Of a stretch of 64,000 nucleotides of DNA, positions 1 to 9,081 are shown one piece after another; within the stretch, counting starts at the first letter, position 1; each line of letters begins with the position of its first letter. The notes under the pieces are model-generated. The model ran no database searches, was not told the origin of the DNA, and worked only from the letters and a program-made list of their open reading frames with translations. Position numbers and translations under genes: made by a program. Source of the stretch: Allomuricauda sp. (lineage in GTDB: Bacteria; Bacteroidota; Bacteroidia; Flavobacteriales; Flavobacteriaceae); NCBI GenBank assembly GCA_002699205.1, contig PABT01000040.1, forward strand, positions 139,774 to 203,773, given 5' to 3'.

Positions 1-943
1 ACACATAAACACCACCTTGAATTTCATAGGTTGCCGATTGAGGAATTAAATAAGCCCCTTCAATAGTTCTAGGCAATTGTATGGTAGCACTATTCCCTGT
101 TCTCAATAAATTATCGGGGTTGTCAAAAATAGCACGTACATTAAACGAGCCAGTTTCTTCATCCACCTGACCGCTCACTGTTTGAATTTTCCCTTTTTGG
201 TCAAAGGAGGTATAATCGGGAAGTAGCAGGGAGACCTCGTTCATGTTGCTCAATACGCCTTCTTTTGTGAACTCCAAATATGTTTTTTCGTTGATGGAAA
301 AATAGGCGTACACCTGTTTGATATTCGACACCGTGGTCAAAGGTTCGCTAATATTGCTATTTACCAGACTCCCTAACTTATAGGGCAAAGAACCTATATA
401 ACCCGAAACCGGGGCCGTAATTTTGGTATAGCCAAAGTTGGTCTGTGCATTGGAGTAATTGGCCTGTGCCTGCTCCAAGGCCGCTTTTGCGGCGGTAAGT
501 GCATTTTCGGCGGAAGTTAACTCGAACTTGCTGATAATTTCCCGCTCAACCAAAGGCTTTGCTTTTTCAACATTGACCTCTGCAGAGCTTACATCGGCCT
601 TTGCACTGCTGATCGCGGCCTTGCTGCTCAAAAGCTCCTGTTCATATTCAGGGGCGTTCAATAAAAAAAGCGCTTGCCCTTTCTGCACATATTCTCCTTC
701 GTCTACAAGCACTTTTTCTATAAAACCTTCAATTTTAGGATAAATTTCTATGTTCTCGGTACCTTCGATCGTTACCGGAAACTCCCTATAGAGGCCTATG
801 GTCTTTGGTGCTACCGTTAACACCTTGTATTCGCCAATGCCCCCGTTGGGACGGGCTTCCTTGTTGTTGTTGCACGAGAGGGAAAGCAGGCCTACGACCA
901 GTCCGAAGCACCATGCATAAAAATTGATTTTTTTAGTTTTCAT
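1..943 (-). CDS. RND efflux periplasmic adaptor (MFP) lipoprotein, 3' end outside window
   Basis: Not in the ORF track (no stop in window). Manual translation from ATG at 943 gives MKTKKINFYAWCFGLVVGLLSLSCNNNK...FPVTIEGTENIEIYPKIEGFIEKVLVDEGEYVQKGQALF: lipobox LSC plus the AcrA/MexA lipoyl-domain motif. Confidence 0.92.
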   Translation of the reverse strand, partial: MKTKKINFYAWCFGLVVGLLSLSCNNNKEARPNGGIGEYKVLTVAPKTIGLYREFPVTIEGTENIEIYPKIEGFIEKVLVDEGEYVQKGQALFLLNAPEYEQELLSSKAAISSAKADVSSAEVNVEKAKPLVEREIISKFELTSAENALTAAKAALEQAQANYSNAQTNFGYTKITAPVSGYIGSLPYKLGSLVNSNISEPLTTVSNIKQVYAYFSINEKTYLEFTKEGVLSNMNEVSLLLPDYTSFDQKGKIQTVSGQVDEETGSFNVRAIFDNPDNLLRTGNSATIQLPRTIEGAYLIPQSATYEIQGGVYV

Positions 944-1061
944 TTCTGCTTTATTGTATTTGGAAAGTTTATGTTCAAAATATTTGGATAAAGGGCCAGT
1001 TGGGAAACTGCCTTATTCTGTTTTATTCAATGTCCCTGACCAATCTCACGTAATTGTTGAT
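923..1061 (-). repeat. Copy 2 of duplicated gene junction (DUF1566 3' end + spacer + MKTxK start)
   Basis: 1023-1061 is identical over 39 bp to 2238-2276. AATAAAGCAGAAATGAAAACTAAAAAAATCAAT matches AATAAAGCAGATATGAAAACTAGAAAACTAAAT at about 2199-2231. This spacer carries 61 extra nt. Confidence 0.9.
991..1014 (-). terminator. Weak hairpin between DUF1566 gene and MFP gene
   Basis: AAGGCAGTT-TCCC-AACTGGCCCTT stem with a bulge; short U tract. Confidence 0.35.
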
Positions 1062-2219
1062 TCGTAACGAATCTGCTGCATTTACGGACTCCATTAAATA
1101 ATCTTCAATTTTCCCCGATTTTGGGTCTGAACGTTGGGCTCCCGCACCATGCCAATCATAGTATTCGGTAGCACTACTGTTATCTTTACTATAGGCCTTG
1201 CCAAATGCTATGTAACAGGCTGTGTACTTAAAATCGCCCTGGGTCGTACTTGTCCAAAACCAACTATCCGGGTTGGTACATTCAAAGTATTCCTCATTTA
1301 TTGCCGGTATTGTTTTTTTGTCGTAGTCGACGATACTTTGTAGCTCTTTGGTATTCGGCAACCTCCAATCGGTATAGTTGGCCAGACTGCTACTATCGGC
1401 ATACTTTAATGCCTCTTTCCAGTTATAGGTATGGCCATCATCGATTTTCTGCCACATCAGTCCCGTCGCCTTATCCGTAACCGTACCATCGGTATTGTCG
1501 ACAAAATCGTTTATCCCGTAAACGTTCTCGGTACCACGAACGGCACGTACATAATTACCAGGGTTTCTCACCCCGTCACTACCATCATAATACAGTCCGG
1601 TTTCGTAGGCTTTTATATGTCCATCGGCAAAATTGAAACCAAAAGCACCTTCAATTTGTATGTTTTGGATAGGCCCCTTTACATACTTTGTGCTCGACCA
1701 ATATTGACCTGCAAATGGCATGTGTTGGTCGTATTCGAAATCGAAATATTCTGTATCTATATACGGCGTTGATTTGTCTAGATCCTTAGGGTTTAATTCT
1801 CCATTTGAATAAAGTAGCGAGTACAGTTCTTTTATCGTGGGTAAACGCCAATCGGTATACCCACCTATTTCTAAATTTTCTACATAGGTAAAGGCATCAT
1901 AGAAATTGTGACGTTTAAAATCGGGTGTTTTTTGCCACATTAGGCCGGTATTCACATCGGTTATGGTACCGTCATTATTATCTACATATGAAGATGCCAA
2001 ACCCGAAAACTGGGCATCTTGCCTGTAAAAATCCTCACCTTCTTTTGGTCTGGCAATTTCATCTCCATCATTGTTATAGAACTTGTCCTGACCTGTATCC
2101 GACAAAACAAAGCGCACTTCATTTTCTATGTTTGTTCTCTTTTTCTGTGCCGTGTTCTTACAAGCGGCAAAGATCAAGACCGCACAACAACAAAGTATAT
2201 TTAGTTTTCTAGTTTTCAT
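1023..2219 (-). CDS. DUF1566 (Lcl C-terminal-like) tandem-domain lipoprotein A
   Basis: Lipobox FAAC. Two repeats of NxDGT(I/V)TDxxTGLMWQK...DWRLP(T/N)xKEL, the DUF1566 signature. Confidence 0.88.
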   Translation of the reverse strand: MKTRKLNILCCCAVLIFAACKNTAQKKRTNIENEVRFVLSDTGQDKFYNNDGDEIARPKEGEDFYRQDAQFSGLASSYVDNNDGTITDVNTGLMWQKTPDFKRHNFYDAFTYVENLEIGGYTDWRLPTIKELYSLLYSNGELNPKDLDKSTPYIDTEYFDFEYDQHMPFAGQYWSSTKYVKGPIQNIQIEGAFGFNFADGHIKAYETGLYYDGSDGVRNPGNYVRAVRGTENVYGINDFVDNTDGTVTDKATGLMWQKIDDGHTYNWKEALKYADSSSLANYTDWRLPNTKELQSIVDYDKKTIPAINEEYFECTNPDSWFWTSTTQGDFKYTACYIAFGKAYSKDNSSATEYYDWHGAGAQRSDPKSGKIEDYLMESVNAADSLRINNYVRLVRDIE

Positions 2220-2276
2220 ATCTGCTTTATTCTGTTTTTATTCAATGTCCCTGACCAATCTCACGTAATTGTTGAT
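2197..2276 (-). repeat. Copy 1 of duplicated gene junction
   Basis: Encodes INNYVRLVRDIE* + 18-nt spacer + MKTRKLN; see 923-1061. Confidence 0.9.
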
Positions 2277-3533
2277 GCGGATCACGTCGCCTTGCGGTCC
2301 GTGACCTTCGGGGTAATCGTCGGCATTCCCGGTTTTGGGATCGCTTCGCTGCGCCCCGGCACCGTGCACGTCCATCAATACCTTGGCCTTTCTTGAGTGT
2401 GGAGGAGCAAAAAAGCCCAGGGCTTCGCCAAAGCACACGTATACGGCCGAGGAGACATTATAGATATTCTTATGGGTAGTGGAGGTCCAATAGGAAGCGT
2501 AACCCTCCGTTCCGTCCTCGATTTTTATCTTGGTCGATTCAAAAAGCGGGTCAATGGCCGGGGAATCGGTTTTCTGTGGAGATCGGTTATAATCCACGAT
2601 ACTTTGCAGTTCCTTGGCATTGGGAAGCCTCCAGTCCGAATGGCCCAAATAATTTTCTTTGTTTTTTTCTTGGGCATAGGCCAGGGCCTCTTCCCAGTTC
2701 ATTCCCTTTTTACTGTCCTCTTTCTGCCACATTAGGCCCGTGGCCCAATCGGAAATACTACCGTCTTTATTGTCCTTAAAATTGTTTTTGCCGTAGTCTT
2801 GGTTTCCCCGAACAAATCGTACGGTAAAATCTTTGACCCTGCCATTGGGAAGACTTGTAGGGTAACCTTTGATGCGACCGTCCGCTGCGTTTACCCCAAA
2901 GACCACTTCATCGCTGTTCATTGCCATGCCCTTGTAAAAAGTGGAACTTAACATTTGTACATCGATAATACGTTCGCCGTTCGCCCCGTAGTCAAAATCG
3001 AAATAATCGGTATCTATAAACGGGACGGCACCATCGGGAACCACATACATATCGGGTCCGCTCACATCCGTACCACCAAAATTGATCAATGAATACGATT
3101 CTTTTATGGTGGGCAAGCGCCAATCGCTATAACCGGCCAACTTAAAGGACTTAAGTCTTTCCATGGCTTCCGCATAGGTCATCACCTCATATGATTTCTC
3201 CCACATTAAGCCCGTAACATTGTCTGTAACCGTACCGTCCCCATTGTTGGTGTAACTTGGAAGATTCCCCGTATACTGGGCATCTTGGCCATAAAAAGCC
3301 TCGCCTTTTTGGGGCTGTGCTATTTTTTTGGAATTGTTGAAAAATTCGGTTTGTCCCGTATCCACAAGGGGGTATTGGCCTATTTTCGAAGTAGAAGAAC
3401 CCGTTTGGGTGTCTAATACTTCGGTCTGTGCGGTCGTTTTTTCGGAGGTTACACCGGTTACGGCATTTTTTATCTTGTTATTGCATGAAACCATGGTGAT
3501 GACCAGTATGGTAGAGATACCTATTTTTTTCAT
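2238..3533 (-). CDS. DUF1566 tandem-domain lipoprotein B
   Basis: Start taken at MKKIG (3533); lipobox VSC; two DGTVTDNVTGLMWEK/DGSISDWATGLMWQK...DWRLP repeats; same C-terminus as A. Confidence 0.88.
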   Translation of the reverse strand: MKKIGISTILVITMVSCNNKIKNAVTGVTSEKTTAQTEVLDTQTGSSTSKIGQYPLVDTGQTEFFNNSKKIAQPQKGEAFYGQDAQYTGNLPSYTNNGDGTVTDNVTGLMWEKSYEVMTYAEAMERLKSFKLAGYSDWRLPTIKESYSLINFGGTDVSGPDMYVVPDGAVPFIDTDYFDFDYGANGERIIDVQMLSSTFYKGMAMNSDEVVFGVNAADGRIKGYPTSLPNGRVKDFTVRFVRGNQDYGKNNFKDNKDGSISDWATGLMWQKEDSKKGMNWEEALAYAQEKNKENYLGHSDWRLPNAKELQSIVDYNRSPQKTDSPAIDPLFESTKIKIEDGTEGYASYWTSTTHKNIYNVSSAVYVCFGEALGFFAPPHSRKAKVLMDVHGAGAQRSDPKTGNADDYPEGHGPQGDVIRINNYVRLVRDIE

Positions 3534-3714
3534 TTTATCTTTTTTAAAACTGTTGGTCATTTAAATGCACACATTATTTTTCGGGTATCTATTGTACCCT
3601 AATATCGGGGGTAAAATTATAGGTAAGAAATATTATATTGTGTATTATTATTTTGGATAAAAAGATTATAATTTAGGTTTAATCGGTTATTTTTGAAAAG
3701 ATTAAGAGAAATCG

Positions 3715-4632
3715 ATGCGGATTTATAAAAACATTAAGAACTACTTTTTAAACAATGATGACGGAATCAACGATTATGGCGATCGTTTTTATATCCGATC
3801 TATAGAGGAGGACAGGAAAAGGAAGAATACCCCGGACATAATGTTCGCCTCTCCACATAAAAGGGATTTTTTTGAAATAGCTATTTTGGCACGGAATACG
3901 ACGAGTATACGGATAGGTGAACATAGCTTTGGTCAGATGGACAAGGGGCTGGCAATCGTTTCTCCATTTCAGACCATACATTATGAGAAAAAAACTTATA
4001 ATAACGAGGAGAGCAACGATATAGGATATGTGATCAATTTCAAGGCTTCCATTTTTGAGCACCTGAGCCAATCGTACGAGGTTCAGAACCAGTTTCCCTT
4101 TTTTAAGATCCATACCCTGCCCATATATCAATTGGGCGAGGAAGATTTTGATACGATCTTTCCGATTGCGGCAGAGATCTATGAGGAGGCCCGGAGCGAT
4201 AGGATGCATAATCTGGAGGTGGTACAGTCGTTGCTGCAGCTTTTTTTGTATAAGATCAAACGGGTTACCTATAACGACGAGGGCATTGTGGCCCTGAACC
4301 GGTGGGACAAGATCACGTCGAAATTCGAGCATACCATCTTGTCGGGCGGCAATGAGATCCTGTCGGTAAGCGAATATGCCTCTAAAATGAATATCAGCCC
4401 CATTTACCTTACCGAATGTGTAAAAAAGGCCACGGGCAAAAGCGCCCAAAAAGTGCTTATCGACTACAAGACCCTGCAGGCCAAAACACTTCTCAGTCAG
4501 GAAGAAATGGCCATAGGCGATGTGGCGGAAGCCTTGGGCTTTAACGAGGTGGCCAATTTTAACCAGTTCTTTAAACGCACTACGGGCATGACGGCCAGCC
4601 AGTTCCGCAAAAAGGGAAAAGGGGCGCATTGA
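3715..4632 (+). CDS. AraC-family transcriptional regulator
   Basis: C-terminal double HTH (SVSEYASKMNISPIYL...IGDVAEALGFNEVANFNQFFKRTTGMTASQFR); divergent from the DUF1566/RND operon. Confidence 0.93.
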   Translation: MRIYKNIKNYFLNNDDGINDYGDRFYIRSIEEDRKRKNTPDIMFASPHKRDFFEIAILARNTTSIRIGEHSFGQMDKGLAIVSPFQTIHYEKKTYNNEESNDIGYVINFKASIFEHLSQSYEVQNQFPFFKIHTLPIYQLGEEDFDTIFPIAAEIYEEARSDRMHNLEVVQSLLQLFLYKIKRVTYNDEGIVALNRWDKITSKFEHTILSGGNEILSVSEYASKMNISPIYLTECVKKATGKSAQKVLIDYKTLQAKTLLSQEEMAIGDVAEALGFNEVANFNQFFKRTTGMTASQFRKKGKGAH

Positions 4633-4901
4633 TTGTCCCTTTGAGGACGCTATAAATCAGCAAACCGACCAAACCATTGTTCCTGACTGGAGAGCGGCCA
4701 TTGCCAAACGAAACATAAGTAGGAATTTGATGTTTTTTCGGGCAGAGGGTATCCGCCTAATCAAGTAGCATTGGGATTTTATCAATGTAAAAGTAAAATA
4801 TGACATAGGGCTTAAAAACAAATGCCGACTCTTTGTTGCAAGTCCTGAATAGTGACCGGAATATTTTGAAATTATGGATACAGCTCGCCGACAGTTTTCC
4901 C

Positions 4902-4971
4902 CCATTGGTCTATACCAAACTTTCTTTCGACCATCGATTGGATTTTAAAAGTGATTGAATATGTTATTTTG
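4902..4971 (+). promoter_or_regulatory. Putative LytTR direct-repeat site and -7 element for the signalling operon
   Basis: CCATTGGTCTATAC at 4902; second half-site core TTCGAC at 4926 (+21); TTATTTTG at 4964 (+38), the same spacing as at 11.2 and 12.9 kb. Confidence 0.55.
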
Positions 4972-4992
4972 TTTATCCATAAATTCTGAAAT

Positions 4993-5394
4993 ATGTACAT
5001 TTTATTTATAGAGGACGATGCCATAGAGACCATGAAGTTTCAACGAACTCTTGGCAAATTGGAATCCAAACATACCCTTATTGAAGCAAAAAATGGGGAG
5101 GAAGCGTTGGAGTACCTGGAATCTGGCAAACCATTGCCCGACATTATTTTATTGGATCTCAATATGCCCAGAATGAACGGGATTGAGTTTTTGGGGATTT
5201 TAAAGCAGCACGACAAAATAAAATACCTGCCCACCGTTGTACTCACAACATCCGAGAACAGGGACGATTTGCTGGAATGTTATAAGATCGGTATTGCAGG
5301 ATATGTCATTAAACCCCTTAAATATGAGGATTACGAGGCAAAACTTAAAATTGTCTTGGAATATTGGAGCCTCAATGAACTGGTGAAGGCTTAG
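4993..5394 (+). CDS. Single-domain response regulator (Rcp1-like receiver)
   Basis: EDD, LLDLNMP phospho-Asp, LTTS, YVIKP; no output domain. Confidence 0.93.
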   Translation: MYILFIEDDAIETMKFQRTLGKLESKHTLIEAKNGEEALEYLESGKPLPDIILLDLNMPRMNGIEFLGILKQHDKIKYLPTVVLTTSENRDDLLECYKIGIAGYVIKPLKYEDYEAKLKIVLEYWSLNELVKA

Positions 5395-5446
5395 TTATAA
5401 AAACGGCGTTTCACAACAAAACTTACTTGCTGGGTAAATGTTTTCC

Positions 5447-5454
5447 TACTTTTG
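5447..5454 (+). promoter_or_regulatory. Bacteroidota -7 element upstream of the H-NOX gene
   Basis: TACTTTTG matches TAnnTTTG, 17 nt before the ATG at 5472; -33 element not convincing. Confidence 0.4.
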
Positions 5455-5471
5455 AAACTTATAAGCAGATT

Positions 5472-6017
5472 ATGAAAGGAATAGTATTTACCGAGTTTTT
5501 GGAGATGGTCGAAGACCAATTTGGATTGGAGACCGTTGATGCCATTATTGAAGCCTCCGATTTACCGTCAGAGGGCATATATACCTCTGTAGGAACGTAT
5601 GAGTTCAATGAAATGGTGGCATTGCTTCAAAGTTTAAGTCAAAAGACCAATATTTCCATAGATGATCTATTGTACGCTTTTGGTCATTATCTTTTTGTGA
5701 GTTTGGGAAAAGCACATCCCGAAGTGATCAAAAGTTATAATTCACCCATCGGTTTGCTATACTCCATAGAAGACCATATCCATGTTCACGTGCAGAAGCT
5801 TTATCCGGAAGCGGAACTGCCAACCTTTAACATCTTGGATAAAACAGATACATCAATTTCCATGGTGTACATCTCCTCAAGAGGACTTTATCGTTTGGCT
5901 CACGGACTTATTGAAAAATGTTTTGAACATTTCAATACCTCTTCCAAGGTTTCCTTTGAATTACTGAAAGAGGATGGAACCGAAGTCAAATTTGATGTTG
6001 TACAGAATGGGGAATGA
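5472..6017 (+). CDS. hnoX: H-NOX / heme-NO-binding protein
   Basis: MKGIVF N-terminus, YTSVGTY, proximal His in IHVHVQKLYP, P in ELPTF, heme-binding YxSxR (YISSR), GLIE. Confidence 0.93.
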   Translation: MKGIVFTEFLEMVEDQFGLETVDAIIEASDLPSEGIYTSVGTYEFNEMVALLQSLSQKTNISIDDLLYAFGHYLFVSLGKAHPEVIKSYNSPIGLLYSIEDHIHVHVQKLYPEAELPTFNILDKTDTSISMVYISSRGLYRLAHGLIEKCFEHFNTSSKVSFELLKEDGTEVKFDVVQNGE

Positions 6018-8040
6018 TGAAGTTGCTGTCTTAAAAAGAGCGTTGGAACGCCAAAAAAAGGCCAGGGCCCAAGCCGAAAAAATATTGGAGGAAAAATCCA
6101 AGGAACTATATGATACGGCACAGCATTTGAAAAGTGCAAATGCAAGGCTCGAAAACTTATTGGACGAGAAGTCGGATGAAGTCGATGCGGCTTTTATAAA
6201 TATTATAGATCCATACGTAGTGATGGATTTGGAGTTCAATGTAATTCGCTGTAACGAGTCGGCAAAGGAGTTTTTACAGTTTGACTACAGGAATACGTTG
6301 GTCAACCTATCTGGTTTCGTGCACCCCGAATTTGCGCAGTACACCACCGAGTCATTGCAAACACTTTTGGATACCGGAATGTTAAAAAATTACCGTGCCA
6401 AAATCATTCTTCCCGATGGCAGTGAAAAATTTGTGCAGATCAATGCAAGTCTTATCTACGATCGAAAACGATCTCCCATTGCCGCTCAAGGTATTATCAG
6501 GGACATTACCCAAGAAAAGAATATTGAAAACCTGCTCGGAAAGCAACGTGGCAAATTAAAAGAGTCCGAAAATAGATTGGCCACCTTGATAAAGAACATG
6601 GAAATGGCCGTACTGCTCGAAGATGAAAACAGAAACATAGCGCTTACCAACAAGAAGTTCTGTGAAATGTACGGGTTGCCCGCCAAGCCAGAAGATATGG
6701 TTGGAATGGATTGTGGGTGTTCGGCGGAGAAAACCCAGGACTATTATAAAAACCCTGACCGTTTTGTGGAACGTATAGAAGAAATTCTGGAAAACCGCGA
6801 ACCCGTGCTGTCCGATGAATTGGAAATGGTGGATGGCAGAATTTTGGAACGTGATTACATACCTGTCATCAGTGATGGGATCTACAAAGGCCATTTGTGG
6901 AGTTATCGGGATGTTACGCTCAACAGGACCTTTAAACGAAACCTTCAAGCAGAGAAAGATAAATACAGTGGAATTATTGCAAACATGAACCTTGGGCTGA
7001 TAGAGGTGAGCCTCGATGGTCACATTCAGACCGTCAATCAAAGTTTTTGTACTATGAGTGGGTTTGAAATGGGAGAACTTTTGGGCCATACCGTTCAAGG
7101 TTTGAGAACTACCAACAATGTTCCGGTAGTGGCCAGTAAAGACCTTCTACAATTAAAAGAGGGACAAGATTCCCATGAAATGGTGGTCTTTGACAAAATG
7201 GGCGAAAATCGGCATTGGCTGGTAAGTTCGGCGCCTCGTTTTGATGAAGCCCAACGGATGATCGGTTCGATAGGAATCCATTTGGATATAACGGAACATA
7301 AAAAGTTACAGCTCGAAAAGGAAAAATTGTTGGTCAAACTGGAACAAAGTAATGAAGGCCTTAAGGAATATGCCTATGTAGTGTCACACGACCTGAAGTC
7401 TCCGTTGCGGAGCATTGAGGCGTTGGCCAGTTGGTTGAGGAACGACTACAGCGATAAATTGGATGATGCGGGCAAAGAGTATATCGGCATGATCCAGGAC
7501 AAGATAGAATCCATGGAGAACCTTATCAGCGGGATACTGGAATACTCCACGGCAAATACCTCCGAATTGAACAATACCGAAATGAATTTACATGAGGTGG
7601 TTTCCGAAATAGTGGATAGTATTTATATACCGGAAAATGTAAAAGTAATAGTCCCGAAAAGATTGCCACAAATAATTGCGGACAGGACAAAGGTGCGACA
7701 ATTGTTCCAAAACATTATTTCCAATGCGGTGGTCCATATAGAAAAAGAGAATGGTAAGGTAGAGGTCCTTTATCAAGAGGAACCCGATTATTGGGAGTTT
7801 TGTATAAAGGACAATGGAGTGGGCATCCCAAAAAAATATCACAAGAAAATTTTTGAAATTTTCCAATCAGCTTCAAACGTTAAAAAATCAACAGGAATTG
7901 GACTTTCCATAGTAAAAAAGATCATAGACCGATACAATGGTAGGGTATGGGTGGAAAGTGAAGAAGGAAAAGGAACCGATTTTTACTTTACTATTGAAAA
8001 ACCAACCTTGAAAACCAATATCAATGAAAGAAACCCCTAA
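6007..8040 (+). CDS. Cytoplasmic 3xPAS sensor histidine kinase (HnoK-like)
   Basis: N-terminal coil LERQKKARAQAEKILEEKSKELY typical of H-NOX-partner kinases; three PAS/PAC units; H-box SHDLKSPL; DNGVGIP and STGIGLSI boxes; no TM helix; overlaps the H-NOX stop. Confidence 0.92.
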   Translation: MGNDEVAVLKRALERQKKARAQAEKILEEKSKELYDTAQHLKSANARLENLLDEKSDEVDAAFINIIDPYVVMDLEFNVIRCNESAKEFLQFDYRNTLVNLSGFVHPEFAQYTTESLQTLLDTGMLKNYRAKIILPDGSEKFVQINASLIYDRKRSPIAAQGIIRDITQEKNIENLLGKQRGKLKESENRLATLIKNMEMAVLLEDENRNIALTNKKFCEMYGLPAKPEDMVGMDCGCSAEKTQDYYKNPDRFVERIEEILENREPVLSDELEMVDGRILERDYIPVISDGIYKGHLWSYRDVTLNRTFKRNLQAEKDKYSGIIANMNLGLIEVSLDGHIQTVNQSFCTMSGFEMGELLGHTVQGLRTTNNVPVVASKDLLQLKEGQDSHEMVVFDKMGENRHWLVSSAPRFDEAQRMIGSIGIHLDITEHKKLQLEKEKLLVKLEQSNEGLKEYAYVVSHDLKSPLRSIEALASWLRNDYSDKLDDAGKEYIGMIQDKIESMENLISGILEYSTANTSELNNTEMNLHEVVSEIVDSIYIPENVKVIVPKRLPQIIADRTKVRQLFQNIISNAVVHIEKENGKVEVLYQEEPDYWEFCIKDNGVGIPKKYHKKIFEIFQSASNVKKSTGIGLSIVKKIIDRYNGRVWVESEEGKGTDFYFTIEKPTLKTNINERNP

Positions 8041-8344
8041 TCTTGAATACGTGGACAAGCTTGCCGAAGGCGATGAAGCCTTTCGTCAAAAGTTTATTGC
8101 TATATTAAAAGAGGAACTTCCTAAGGAGAAAATTGAATATCATGATACCATAAAAAGTTCCTTGTTACAAGAAGCATCTGAGCATGTACACAAGATTAAG
8201 CACAAACTAAACGTTCTAGGTATGCATAATGCCTACACCATGGCAGTACAGCACGAAAATGAACTGCGAAACGGAGAACAATCGTTTAAAGAAGAATTTT
8301 TGTCGATACTCAACGATGTAGAGCATTACCTAAAAACCATTTGA
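8024..8344 (+). CDS. Hpt (histidine phosphotransfer) protein
   Basis: LEYVDKLAEGDEAFRQKFIAI...EHVHKIKHKLNVLG; helical Hpt pattern with conserved His. Confidence 0.8.
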   Translation: MKETPNLEYVDKLAEGDEAFRQKFIAILKEELPKEKIEYHDTIKSSLLQEASEHVHKIKHKLNVLGMHNAYTMAVQHENELRNGEQSFKEEFLSILNDVEHYLKTI

Positions 8345-8346
8345 TA

Positions 8347-9057
8347 ATGAATTGTATAATAGTTGATGACGAGGCCGCTGCAAGAGCAATTGTATCACAA
8401 TTATGCTCAAAAGTACCTGAGATAAACATCATGGATGAGTTTGATAGCGCAATCGATGCCATCAAATTTCTAAATCAATATAAAGTAGATGTTATTTTCT
8501 TGGACATCCATATGCCCGGATTTACTGGAATTGATTTTATCCAGACCCTTAAGAATCCTCCCAAAATAGTAATGACCACCTCAGATACCGATTTTGCCAT
8601 TGCATCATACGAATATGAGGCCATTGTAGATTATTTGGTAAAGCCAATTACGCATGAGCGATTTCAGAAATGTGTTCAAAAGGTGAAGAACAGCTCGGTT
8701 GCCAAACCACAAGCAGATGCTTCGGAAGAACAGGAAAATGCCTCGGGAGAAGACCTCTATATAAATATAGACCGTAGACTCATTAAACTTAAATACGCAG
8801 AAATACTGCTTATTGAGGCCAAAGGGGATTACATCAACATAAAAACGGAAACCAAAGATTATTTGGTGCATACCACATTAAAGAAAATCTTGGAAAAACT
8901 ACCAGAAGATAGGTTTTTGCAGATTCACCGATCGTTCGTGATCAATTTCAATAAAATAATCGATATTGAGGATAACAGTGTCCTGATCGAGAAAAGTGTG
9001 GTTCCCATTAGTAGATCCAACCGCCCGGAGTTAATGAGACGATTGAATCTTCTCTGA
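8347..9057 (+). CDS. LytTR-family DNA-binding response regulator
   Basis: VDDE, FLDIHMP, YLVKP; LytTR domain IEAKGDYI...FLQIHRSFVIN...PISRS. Confidence 0.95.
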   Translation: MNCIIVDDEAAARAIVSQLCSKVPEINIMDEFDSAIDAIKFLNQYKVDVIFLDIHMPGFTGIDFIQTLKNPPKIVMTTSDTDFAIASYEYEAIVDYLVKPITHERFQKCVQKVKNSSVAKPQADASEEQENASGEDLYINIDRRLIKLKYAEILLIEAKGDYINIKTETKDYLVHTTLKKILEKLPEDRFLQIHRSFVINFNKIIDIEDNSVLIEKSVVPISRSNRPELMRRLNLL

Positions 9058-9081
9058 TTCCCTCCTTTTTTGCTAATTACC

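Noticed and set aside
1023-3533. DUF1566 proteins as formylglycine-generating enzymes for the five Cys sulfatases
   Set aside because: Related fold clan only; the FGE RGGSW and catalytic Cys motifs are absent, the proteins are lipoproteins and they lie more than 35 kb away
3748-4629. 293-aa antisense ORF
   Set aside because: Exact shadow of the AraC gene with no recognisable motif; expected from codon bias
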